DNA from: a virus
DNA length: 64,000 nt
IMG/VR virus record: IMGVR_UViG_3300049740_000832
Strand: one strand, 5' to 3'
The stretch's first letter is position 1, and each line of letters begins with the position of its first letter. Positions 8,897-17,517 of the stretch are shown piece by piece. The translations under genes were made by a program, and so were the position numbers. The notes under the pieces were generated by a model. That model was not told the DNA's origin. It searched no databases and saw only the letters and a program-made list of their open reading frames with translations.

Positions 8897-10103
8897 TATA
8901 ATCAATAGAGAGATTTGGTGGTCTGACCATCAAAACCAACCAGAACCTAGAGAATCACGCGAATATTTTATTCGACTAATCAATAGATGGAAACATCTAT
9001 TAGAACTTAGTGGTGTAGTAAAAGGCAATCTCGTAACAATTTCACTCCTAAGTGTTGATACTATGCATGTCTCTGCAATCATCGCATGTGCAGAGATGGG
9101 TCTAAAGATTATATTGTTAGACAGTCCCGCGACAGAAGAATCTCTTCCATACACCAAACTTGCGCTACATGGGCCATCTGATTTTTATCTACATTTTAGT
9201 CATGAGGGTGATGGTGTGTATGGTGGTCTCCACGGTGAGATGATGAGACGATATGGGGGACAATCGATAGATGCGGTAAAACTGCCAGAAATGTCAACTG
9301 AAGATACAACGTTTAATTATGAAATTTCTCCTGATGACCCTCTATTGATGAGTTCTACTTCTGGAACAACTAAACCATCTAGACCAGTTTACTTCTCTCA
9401 TCGAGAAGTTATGACAATCTCCCGTAGGAATGTGGATATATTTAAGTTTGATGAGAACTCAAAGGTTGTTCACTCAAGAAACCTACATCATGCTTCTGCA
9501 ATGTTGACATCTCTCATTCCATCTCTAATGGTTGCAAATAGACATCTGACTCTTCCAATAAGTCACGATACAAACCTAGATGTGAATGGTGCGAATGAGA
9601 GTTCATGGCAGATGATTTATAATGACGAGTTTACTCATGTTATGATAGCAAACGAAAAGTCGTTGAGACTATTTCTCGATAAATTTGATAAACCATTTAA
9701 GAAACCCCTGAACATCAATATGTGTGGGTTCACTCTTAATGAGACTTTCGTAGACCTCGCACGAGAATATAATGTGAAGTTTCATTCTCACTACGGGTCT
9801 ATTGATACTGCAATCCCTTTACTGATAAACTTTGTTGACGAGGATAGTGTGGTCAAAGAAAATGGTCTGGGTGTGTTGGCAGATGACTTCTATCAGTTCG
9901 ATGGTAAAGAGATTCGGTGTGAACTCTGGGACGAACCACGATATATCGAGGACACGTTATATCTGATTGACGGTCATTTCTTTATCGAACCAAGAGAACT
10001 ACCCGAAGTTCCAGATGATGTTGACCTAGAACCCTTCTTTCAAGATACGAAGATAAACTTCGAACAACTTCGTGGATATCTAAATGAACGCAATAAGTCG
10101 TGA
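8835..10103 (+). CDS. adenylate-forming (ANL/AMP-binding)-like protein; start codon uncertain
   Basis: GVVKGNLVTI, SSTSGTTKPSRPV (P-loop), LHH, HYGSID, terminal KINFEQLR. Confidence 0.7.
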   Translation: MMTTTMNSSGVKYTQDILNRDIINREIWWSDHQNQPEPRESREYFIRLINRWKHLLELSGVVKGNLVTISLLSVDTMHVSAIIACAEMGLKIILLDSPATEESLPYTKLALHGPSDFYLHFSHEGDGVYGGLHGEMMRRYGGQSIDAVKLPEMSTEDTTFNYEISPDDPLLMSSTSGTTKPSRPVYFSHREVMTISRRNVDIFKFDENSKVVHSRNLHHASAMLTSLIPSLMVANRHLTLPISHDTNLDVNGANESSWQMIYNDEFTHVMIANEKSLRLFLDKFDKPFKKPLNINMCGFTLNETFVDLAREYNVKFHSHYGSIDTAIPLLINFVDEDSVVKENGLGVLADDFYQFDGKEIRCELWDEPRYIEDTLYLIDGHFFIEPRELPEVPDDVDLEPFFQDTKINFEQLRGYLNERNKS

Positions 10104-11043
10104 GATTATTCGGAAAGACCTCCTAATCGATGATGTCGATTATGAGAATCTATGTCTTTCTATCAACCAACACAAACGTTTCTTTCTGTCAAAGGGTATG
10201 GAGAAGGGTGATGTCGTATGTCTCAACCTTCCGCCTGATGGTGTATCATATATTGCATCCTATATCGCATGTCTTGAACTGGGACTACCACTATTCATAT
10301 GGGATGACTTTCTCTGGGATATCACAAATGACGAACACATACATGGCGGCGCGAAAGATTTTGTAAAGAGAAGTGATAGGGTCATTGACAATATCACCAA
10401 CTGGACATCTAAGTTTAATACCAATCGTCATTTCATTCAACATACGATATTTGATGAAGACCTAAACTATGAGTTGTTTCCTTACTGGGCAAAGGCAATG
10501 GATGCTCTCAGGGAGACTGGATTTAGACATTCGTATGAGGGTGTAAAGGGTATGCCGACAGATGATATCCAACCGTGGTGGGTCAGTAAAGAAGATGTTG
10601 CAATCGTGGTGAACTATAATCTGGATTCGGACGAACCTAAATTCAAAGATGTTACCCATCAAGAACTTCTATCTGGATTGAAAGACTTTCCGAAGGATGA
10701 GGTGTTTGGATTCAGCACATCACTTCACCACCATGACATTCTACAAAAAGGTATCCTACCCGCATTGATGAACTCAAAAAGATTGGTGTATCTGTTCACT
10801 CCGTCTCCTAAACTATATGGTGAGAGAGTGAAAGTGTTTCTTCGTAGAACAACACGCAAAATGAAACGATACGGTGTCAATGCGATGTATACGGATGGGC
10901 CTGATAGTATGAGTAATTTGTTTGAAATAATGGGAGATGATGACTTTCTTGAGACTATCAGGATTATAATTACCGAAGAAAGAGGAGAATTCCACGATTA
11001 TTGGGAGGCAGAAAAAAATATTATTTTCGAAAAAAGTGCTTGA
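10084..11043 (+). CDS. degenerate ANL-like paralog of the upstream gene
   Basis: GMEKGDVVCL...IACLELGL and SLHH...ILPALM match the upstream ORF; P-loop eroded. Confidence 0.55.
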   Translation: MNAISREIIRKDLLIDDVDYENLCLSINQHKRFFLSKGMEKGDVVCLNLPPDGVSYIASYIACLELGLPLFIWDDFLWDITNDEHIHGGAKDFVKRSDRVIDNITNWTSKFNTNRHFIQHTIFDEDLNYELFPYWAKAMDALRETGFRHSYEGVKGMPTDDIQPWWVSKEDVAIVVNYNLDSDEPKFKDVTHQELLSGLKDFPKDEVFGFSTSLHHHDILQKGILPALMNSKRLVYLFTPSPKLYGERVKVFLRRTTRKMKRYGVNAMYTDGPDSMSNLFEIMGDDDFLETIRIIITEERGEFHDYWEAEKNIIFEKSA

Positions 11044-11068
11044 CATATCATGTTCTTTTTGTTATAGT
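11040..11068 (+). promoter_or_regulatory. early sigma70-type promoter
   Basis: TTGACA-17-TATAGT with extended -10 TG. Confidence 0.8.
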
Positions 11069-11097
11069 AAGATATAGTTGAGAAAAGGAGAGAAACT

Positions 11098-11526
11098 ATG
11101 GCTTATGTAACACAAGAGATGAAAAAAGAGTTGGCGCCTGGCATCAAGGCGGTTCTCAAGAAGTATGGTATGAAAGGTTCTATCAGTATCAACAACTATA
11201 GTTCTTTGGTTGTGACCCTGAAAGAAGGGCCTTTGTCTTTTACTGGTGTTGACCGGCGTGGTGAGAATATTTACTACCCTGCTACTGATGGCAATATCCA
11301 CAGTCAAGTCAATACATACCACGTTGATAAATTTTACACTGGAGAGACTGCTGACTTTCTGAATGAGTTGGTTGCCGCCATGAAAGGTGTAACGAGTCGT
11401 GGTGAGTGGTATGACAAGACCGATATCATGACTGACTACTTTGACATCGCATACTATGTAAACGTCAATGTTGGTAAGTTTGATAAAGGTTACATCCAAA
11501 CGGGTGTGGAGTCGCTCGCCGCATAA
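11098..11526 (+). CDS. early protein, LPD29-like domain
   Basis: strong AAGGAG RBS; WYDKTDIMTDYFDIAYYV motif. Confidence 0.55.
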   Translation: MAYVTQEMKKELAPGIKAVLKKYGMKGSISINNYSSLVVTLKEGPLSFTGVDRRGENIYYPATDGNIHSQVNTYHVDKFYTGETADFLNELVAAMKGVTSRGEWYDKTDIMTDYFDIAYYVNVNVGKFDKGYIQTGVESLAA

Positions 11527-11534
11527 ATAGGAAT

Positions 11535-11622
11535 ACGGGACATCCCCGTTATAAGTGCGAAACCTATCTCTGCGGAGTAGGGAGTAGGGTAAAGGGGGCG
11601 GTGTCAGACTGCCCCTTTTATT
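11535..11622 (+). ncRNA. candidate structured small RNA
   Basis: CATAAATA at 11522-11529, hairpin ACGGG/CCCGT, hairpin CCTATCTC/GAGTAGG, terminator; GC-rich intergenic tract. Confidence 0.4.
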
Positions 11623-11624
11623 TT
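11591..11624 (+). terminator. intrinsic terminator
   Basis: AAAGGGGGCGGT-loop-ACTGCCCCTTTT followed by a T-rich tail. Confidence 0.8.
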
Positions 11625-11628
11625 GTGC

Positions 11629-11657
11629 TTGACAAAAGTTGGAAAATATGTTAGTAT
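11629..11657 (+). promoter_or_regulatory. early sigma70-type promoter
   Basis: TTGACA-17-TAGTAT with extended -10 TG. Confidence 0.7.
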
Positions 11658-11681
11658 ACATATGATGAAAGGAATATTGTT

Positions 11682-11870
11682 ATGAAACTAAATCTTGACC
11701 CAGAAATTTTGCAGAAGAGGTATGCAATCAAAGGGTTTCTAGAGTCGGCTGAAAATGACCTAGAGAAGGCACAGAAGCGTGGAAACAAGGAATCTGTGGC
11801 AACTTATACATATCTTGTAGGTGAATATCAGATAATGTTAGAAGAATTTGATGAATATTACGACCTGTAG
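11682..11870 (+). CDS. small hypothetical early protein
   Basis: AAAGGA RBS, promoter upstream. Confidence 0.6.
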   Translation: MKLNLDPEILQKRYAIKGFLESAENDLEKAQKRGNKESVATYTYLVGEYQIMLEEFDEYYDL

Positions 11871-11908
11871 AGAACCCTAAAACACTATATAATATATACG
11901 GAGAAATA

Positions 11909-12328
11909 ATGGAACTTGAAGTTTTTGAAATTTTTCACCAGTTTTCGCAAATGAAAACTCGAAAAGATAAGATTGCTTTTCTAAAAGAAAAAGGCAATAT
12001 CCCCGCAGTCAAGGATGTCATTCGCGGTGCATTTGATGACCGACTACAATTCATCCTTCCCGCAGGCAAACCCCCATACACCCCTAATCGACCAGAGAGT
12101 GTTCCCTCAACTTTGAGAAAGAAACACCGTGAGTTTGGCGACTATGTGAAAGGCGCTCGTTCTGCACAGTTGAAACAGTTCCAAATCGAAAAACAATTCA
12201 TTCAAATGTTAGAAGCAATTCATCCAGAAGATGCACTTATCGTTCTGGACATGGTGAACAAGAAGTCACCAGTTAAAGGTTTGACTAAAAAGATTGCAGA
12301 GGAGGCATTCCCGAATCTGATATCTTAA
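11909..12328 (+). CDS. conserved T4-like hypothetical protein
   Basis: LPAGKPPY...EKQFIQMLEAIHPEDA motif. Confidence 0.65.
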   Translation: MELEVFEIFHQFSQMKTRKDKIAFLKEKGNIPAVKDVIRGAFDDRLQFILPAGKPPYTPNRPESVPSTLRKKHREFGDYVKGARSAQLKQFQIEKQFIQMLEAIHPEDALIVLDMVNKKSPVKGLTKKIAEEAFPNLIS

Positions 12329-12372
12329 CTTTTCGTTATGTTTTCTTTCAACTCTAACAACAAGGAGCAATT

Positions 12373-12540
12373 ATGCCAAGAACGCAAATAGAGAGATTGA
12401 AAAACGACAGTAGAGAACTCGATAACTATATCCACCGTCTCAAGAAAAAGGGAAGAGACAACCTTGCTCATAGGTTATCGAAAAAACAAAGTTTTCTCAA
12501 TCAGACTATTGCCGAATACGAAAGTTCAATTCTAGCATAA
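12373..12540 (+). CDS. 55-aa hypothetical protein
   Basis: AAGGAG RBS; MPRTQIERLKNDSRELDNYIHRLKKKG...; not in track. Confidence 0.6.
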   Translation: MPRTQIERLKNDSRELDNYIHRLKKKGRDNLAHRLSKKQSFLNQTIAEYESSILA

Positions 12541-12602
12541 AGGTAGGTGGTCAAGTATCTCGTTGGGGGTGCTAGCCACCCTCAACGTTACTTGGAGACA
12601 AA

Positions 12603-12836
12603 ATGCCAACATATACAATGATGCATAAAGAGACTGAAGAAGAGAAAGATATCTTCTGTTCTTATGATGAGTCTCAAAAATTTCTTGAAGAAAACCCTGA
12701 TTGGTGTCGAGTAATCGGTGCGCCTGCACTGGTGACACAAACAGGCAATGTAATCAACAAAACATCAGGTGATTGGAAAAACTTGATGGAGAATGTCAAA
12801 AAAGGTTCGGGTAAAGGGAATACTATCAAGACATGA
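12603..12836 (+). CDS. FmdB-like small conserved protein (Cys pairs absent)
   Basis: MPTY...E...FLEENP; usual neighbour of phoH in marine T4-like phages. Confidence 0.55.
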   Translation: MPTYTMMHKETEEEKDIFCSYDESQKFLEENPDWCRVIGAPALVTQTGNVINKTSGDWKNLMENVKKGSGKGNTIKT

Positions 12837-13519
12837 CTATGAAACGTCTCAAGATAGACCACCTGTTAACCTACGAAGCAATCACACAAAATCAAAGAAT
12901 AGCATACGACTCGTGGGATGACAGAGACCATTTGGTTCTCTGTGGTTCGGCAGGAACGGGTAAGACCTTTATCGGAATGTATCTCGCACTCGCGGATGTT
13001 CTAGATAAATCGTATGAACAAGACAAACTTGTTATCGTAAGGAGCGTTGTTCCGACACGGGAGATGGGGTATCTGCCTGGCTCAATCGAGGAGAAGGTTG
13101 ATGCATATACCGCACCGTATCGGTCAATCGCAACCGAACTATTCAATGAGAAACTCGCATATGATATGCTTGAGACACAGGGTGCAATCTCGTTTATGTC
13201 CACTTCATTCATTCGGGGACAGACAATCGATGACGCAATCATTCTGGTTGATGAGATGCAGAACCTTACATACCACGAACTGGATAGTATTATCACTCGT
13301 GTGGGACGCAATACACGCATCATCTTCAGTGGAGACTACTATCAATCAGACCTAAATAAAGAGACTGACAAGAACGGTATTCTGGACTTTATGAACATCA
13401 TGGAAGTCATGAACAACTTTACAACCGTAGAATTCGGATGGGCAGATATTGTAAGGTCAGACTTTGTTCGAGACTATATCATGACCAAAGAAATGGTCGA
13501 AAGAGGAAAACTAAATTGA
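12833..13519 (+). CDS. phoH: PhoH-like ATPase
   Basis: GSAGTGKT, MGYLPG, FIRGQT, VDEMQN, TRVG, SGDYYQSDL, DIVRS. Confidence 0.95.
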   Translation: MTMKRLKIDHLLTYEAITQNQRIAYDSWDDRDHLVLCGSAGTGKTFIGMYLALADVLDKSYEQDKLVIVRSVVPTREMGYLPGSIEEKVDAYTAPYRSIATELFNEKLAYDMLETQGAISFMSTSFIRGQTIDDAIILVDEMQNLTYHELDSIITRVGRNTRIIFSGDYYQSDLNKETDKNGILDFMNIMEVMNNFTTVEFGWADIVRSDFVRDYIMTKEMVERGKLN

Positions 13520-13977
13520 GACTATCACCAAACTTCACCTTGAGTGAATTTACCAAGTCCCAGACTGCTCTGCGACAAGGTATCGACAACACACCGAATG
13601 AAGAACACTTGGTTGCGGCACAGGCGTTGTTCCTGATGGTCGTTCAACCTGTTCGAGATAACTTTGGTGTTACCGTAATCAACTCTGGATACCGTGGCCC
13701 TGCACTGAATGAAGCGGTTGGCGGTTCGTCAAAGTCCCAACATTGTAAGGGTGAGGCAGTGGACATCGAATGTCCAGGCACATCTAACTACGAAGTCGCA
13801 AAGTGGATTGAAGACAATCTGGACTTTGACCAACTCATCCTTGAGTTCTATACGCCTGGCATTCCTGACTCTGGTTGGGTTCATGTGTCGTATAAGGTGG
13901 AAGGTAATCGTAAATCAGTATTGACCGCAATGAGAGAAGATGGCAAGACAGTCTATAAGACTGGACTAATTGAATGA
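13516..13977 (+). CDS. peptidase M15A (D-Ala-D-Ala Zn peptidase), probable endolysin
   Basis: NSGYR, SQHCKGEAVD, GWVHVS; TTG start after AGAGGA. Confidence 0.85.
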   Translation: MRLSPNFTLSEFTKSQTALRQGIDNTPNEEHLVAAQALFLMVVQPVRDNFGVTVINSGYRGPALNEAVGGSSKSQHCKGEAVDIECPGTSNYEVAKWIEDNLDFDQLILEFYTPGIPDSGWVHVSYKVEGNRKSVLTAMREDGKTVYKTGLIE

Positions 13978-14819
13978 AAAATATCATCTATCAATATATG
14001 ATAATTGATGAAGATACTAACAAACGGGGTAAAGTTCCTCAGTATCCTCAAGGCACTCGCGCAGAACTATATCAAAAAACCGCAGACCTCTCTGCGGAAT
14101 CATTTCGCACCTATGCAAATAAGATAGGCGCAATACACCATTATACGAATAATAAGGTGTTTACTAAAGGTAAATCTGGGACTACTGTTCCTTTGTTTGA
14201 AGTTCTACGATTAGTTTACGACCCTCTCTATGATGACTTTGATAAGTTGTTGTTTGTCGATACGGATATTATTGCAAATACTGAAGAGAACATCTTTGAC
14301 ATAGAAGACTGTGATGTTTATGGTGTGTTTGAGTCTGATATTCGGACAACCAAAGGGGGTGGATATAATAGTTGGGATTATAGTCAAAAAAAATATCAAG
14401 AAGTTGCAACAAGATTTAATAGAACGGGTGTCCCTATCGTTGAGAACCGATGGGGTAAAGAACCATCAAGTATAACCTGTTTCAATACTGGTGTCATGGT
14501 TTGGTCAAGAGATGCACGACTCAAAGCACGAGAGTGTTTTGATGACTGGTATGAATACATGATGGCAGGAGAGGGTAAGGATGCGTTTTGGGTAAACAAT
14601 GACCAGTTCTTCATCTCTGGTCAATTGACCAAACACGGATTTGACATCAAGGGTATTGACCAGACTTGGAATGATACACCCACCCATTGGGAAGATGACC
14701 GTGGATATGATATGAATTTTCTGCACTACACGGGTGGCGGTAATAAAGTTATCATGCTTGATGATTATACAAATAATAAATTCAAATACTTAAAAAAATT
14801 CAAATATGTAAAGGCATAA
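13974..14819 (+). CDS. GT-A fold glycosyltransferase (GT8/GT34-like)
   Basis: LFVDTD (DxD), FNTGVM, NDQ, WN, FLHYTG. Confidence 0.8.
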   Translation: MKNIIYQYMIIDEDTNKRGKVPQYPQGTRAELYQKTADLSAESFRTYANKIGAIHHYTNNKVFTKGKSGTTVPLFEVLRLVYDPLYDDFDKLLFVDTDIIANTEENIFDIEDCDVYGVFESDIRTTKGGGYNSWDYSQKKYQEVATRFNRTGVPIVENRWGKEPSSITCFNTGVMVWSRDARLKARECFDDWYEYMMAGEGKDAFWVNNDQFFISGQLTKHGFDIKGIDQTWNDTPTHWEDDRGYDMNFLHYTGGGNKVIMLDDYTNNKFKYLKKFKYVKA

Positions 14820-14900
14820 AAAGGGCAAATTCAAATACTTGAAACCGTAAAGATTGAAGACCGCACTTACGCAATCGTGCAGATACTCAACTTTAATTTT

Positions 14901-15050
14901 ATGAATACTTACGAGATTATCTGTTCGGATGAATATTATAGTGATGTTGTCGCAGGCCCGTATCTTTCTATAGAGGAAGCGGTCAAAGACTTACTGTCTG
15001 TTGCCGAGATGCATGAAAAAATACATGCACGACCCACAAAAAACGCTTGA
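14901..15050 (+). CDS. small hypothetical protein (frame open from 14820)
   Basis: MNTYEIICSDELYSDVVAGPYLSIEEAVKDLL...; no clear RBS. Confidence 0.35.
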   Translation: MNTYEIICSDEYYSDVVAGPYLSIEEAVKDLLSVAEMHEKIHARPTKNA

Positions 15051-15078
15051 CAAACTGTGCCCTTTCTTGTATTATAAT
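15047..15078 (+). promoter_or_regulatory. early sigma70-type promoter
   Basis: TTGACA-17-TATTAT, overlapping a TATAAT. Confidence 0.7.
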
Positions 15079-15098
15079 AGTATAAGAAAGGAAAATAT

Positions 15099-15674
15099 AT
15101 GAAAAAATATCACAAAGTAGTTCTTACCGACATTGATGGTGTTGTCCTTAACTGGGGATATGCCTTTGATATCTGGATGCAAGAAAAGGGTTATGTTGTT
15201 AAAGACCCCGATTCCTATGATATAGGTAAGGTCTATGGACTTGAACCTTCTGAATCAAAAGAAATGGTTCGGTTGTTCAACGAAAGTGCTGCGATTGGTT
15301 TTCTACCACCTCTCCGCGATGCAATGCACTATATCAAGAAACTCCATGAAGAACATGGGTATGTCTTTCACGCAATCACAAGTTTGAGTAAAGACTTTAA
15401 CGCACAGAAACTTCGGACACAGAACCTTCAGAAGTTGTTTGGTGAAACTGTGTTTGAGAAGTTTATCTATCTTGATACTGGGGCTGACAAAGACCAAGAG
15501 TTAAGTCAGTATGAAGGTAAAGATTATGTCTGGGTTGAAGACAAGATTGAGAATGCCCAGTGTGGTGCAAGTTTTGGTCTTGACTCTATTCTCATGGAAC
15601 ACAGTTTCAACATGGATAATACAGAGTTTCCCCTGATGAAAAACTGGAAAGATATATACGAATATTTAACTTGA
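15099..15674 (+). CDS. HAD-superfamily nucleotidase, T4 gp30.2-like
   Basis: LTDIDGV, ITS, WVEDK motifs. Confidence 0.8.
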   Translation: MKKYHKVVLTDIDGVVLNWGYAFDIWMQEKGYVVKDPDSYDIGKVYGLEPSESKEMVRLFNESAAIGFLPPLRDAMHYIKKLHEEHGYVFHAITSLSKDFNAQKLRTQNLQKLFGETVFEKFIYLDTGADKDQELSQYEGKDYVWVEDKIENAQCGASFGLDSILMEHSFNMDNTEFPLMKNWKDIYEYLT

Positions 15675-15685
15675 TATATACTCCT

Positions 15686-17188
15686 ATGAGATATGTTGGT
15701 TATTCAGAATACTTTCACGATGCGGCATTGGCTATCGTCAATCCCGATGGTAAAGTCGCATATGCGTCACAATCAGAACGATATAGTAAAATAAAAAACG
15801 ATGAATTGATATTCCCTGAGATGTGGAATTTTGTCAATGATGATGACCACGTTACCTTTTATGAAGATATAAATTTGCGTAAAAAAATGATGGGCGGTTA
15901 TCGCACATTTGGTGCCCCTAAATTTAGGAATCAAAAAGAAGAACAAACAGCGCCAATTAGTAATTCATACCTGTATGATGATTTTAATCTACATCATGAA
16001 AGTCATTGTGCTCTCGCATTTTTCACTCGGCCGTGGCAATCAAAAGAAGACACAGTTTGTGTTTCAGTAGATGGTTCGGGTGAACTTGAATCGGTTGCAA
16101 TTCATGACCACAATCTAAAACCCATAAAAAAAGTTATGTGGCCACAATCTCTTGGAATGTTATATGGGACTGTGACTGGAGCAATAGGTTTGAAATCTCT
16201 TAGAGATGAATATATCGTCATGGGACTTTCTTCGTATGGTGAGGTTGACAAAAAACTTTACGACATATTATATAACGGTTATTATTGGTTTGAAAGTGAA
16301 CAGGGATTATACGAGAAAATGATTGTAGATTTTGAACAAACTTCAATCGCAGAAAGTTCCCTAAGCGCTAAATTTGTTGTATATGAAACAAGAATAAAAA
16401 ATAGGTGCAAGGAGATATCTATGGAGGATGCCGCTGCAACTGTTCAAAATTTCTTTGAGGTCGAAGTTCTTAAAATTATGAAGGAAGCAAGAAAGTATGG
16501 GTCTAAACTTGTCTATGGTGGTGGTTGTGCCCAAAATGTTATTGCAAACTCTATGATACGCGAACTCTTTGATGACATGCATATTGCAATCGCACCTAAT
16601 GATGCAGGCAATGCTCTAGGGTGTGCAGCATACACATGGCATAAAAACACGGGGGGAACACATCTAGACTGGTCTCCATATTTGGGTCATAATATTGACC
16701 GTGATATCAATCCAAAAGAAGTTGCAAAGTATCTCGTTGAAAATCGAGTCTGTGGTATTGCAAATGGTCGAGCAGAGTATGGCCCTCGTGCATTGGGTAA
16801 TCGGTCTCTGATTGCAGATGTTCGTTATGATGTCAAGGATACCGTTAATGAAATAAAAAAGAGACACAAGTTCAGACCTTTTGGCCCTGCAATTCTGTCA
16901 GAATTTCAAGACCACTATTTTGATGGTCATAAAAATGAATATATGCAGTATGCTGCAATTGCAAAACATCCTTATGACTCTGTAACACATATAGATAATA
17001 CTGCAAGGGTGCAAGTAGTAAAACCTGATTGCAAATCTGTTCTTAGACAGATATTAGAAGAATATTTTGAACTTACACAAGTCCCAATGTTACTAAATAC
17101 TTCTTTGAACATAAGAAATCAACCTATGGTAAATACCATTGAGGACGCTATAGAATGGGAAAAAAAATATAACGTAAGAGTATTCTAA
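15686..17188 (+). CDS. carbamoyltransferase (NodU/CmcH/TobZ family)
   Basis: HDAA, ERYSKIK, HHESH, DGSGE, GGCAQN, DAGNALG, EYGPRALGNRS, RPFGP, LLNTSLN. Confidence 0.93.
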   Translation: MRYVGYSEYFHDAALAIVNPDGKVAYASQSERYSKIKNDELIFPEMWNFVNDDDHVTFYEDINLRKKMMGGYRTFGAPKFRNQKEEQTAPISNSYLYDDFNLHHESHCALAFFTRPWQSKEDTVCVSVDGSGELESVAIHDHNLKPIKKVMWPQSLGMLYGTVTGAIGLKSLRDEYIVMGLSSYGEVDKKLYDILYNGYYWFESEQGLYEKMIVDFEQTSIAESSLSAKFVVYETRIKNRCKEISMEDAAATVQNFFEVEVLKIMKEARKYGSKLVYGGGCAQNVIANSMIRELFDDMHIAIAPNDAGNALGCAAYTWHKNTGGTHLDWSPYLGHNIDRDINPKEVAKYLVENRVCGIANGRAEYGPRALGNRSLIADVRYDVKDTVNEIKKRHKFRPFGPAILSEFQDHYFDGHKNEYMQYAAIAKHPYDSVTHIDNTARVQVVKPDCKSVLRQILEEYFELTQVPMLLNTSLNIRNQPMVNTIEDAIEWEKKYNVRVF

Positions 17189-17517
17189 TGGCAAAAAAAC
17201 AAAAACAATTACAAGAACAATCAATTTATGATAAGTATGATTTAGATGGGGATGGAACAGTGACAGATGAAGAACTCGCTCGAGCCGAAGAGATGCGTAG
17301 ATTTGATAATGAAGATGCGAAGGCAGACGCACAACGTAAGATGGCGTGGTTTGCTCTGTGGGGTATGTTGTTATATCCACCTAGTATTGGTGTAGCAAGT
17401 ATATTTGGATTAGATATTGCAGCATCTTTGATTGCAGATATCGCATCTGTTTATTTCGTATCGGTTGCAGCAATCGTTGCAGCATTCTTCGGGGCATCTG
17501 CACTGAACAAAAAGTAA
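17188..17517 (+). CDS. membrane protein with EF-hand-like loop and two TM helices
   Basis: DLDGDGTVTDEEL followed by two hydrophobic helices. Confidence 0.6.
   Translation: MAKKQKQLQEQSIYDKYDLDGDGTVTDEELARAEEMRRFDNEDAKADAQRKMAWFALWGMLLYPPSIGVASIFGLDIAASLIADIASVYFVSVAAIVAAFFGASALNKK

Noticed and set aside
12833-13519. phoH, denV, tRNA-Arg and the UUCG terminator as novelties
   Set aside because: All are routine in marine T4-like phages.
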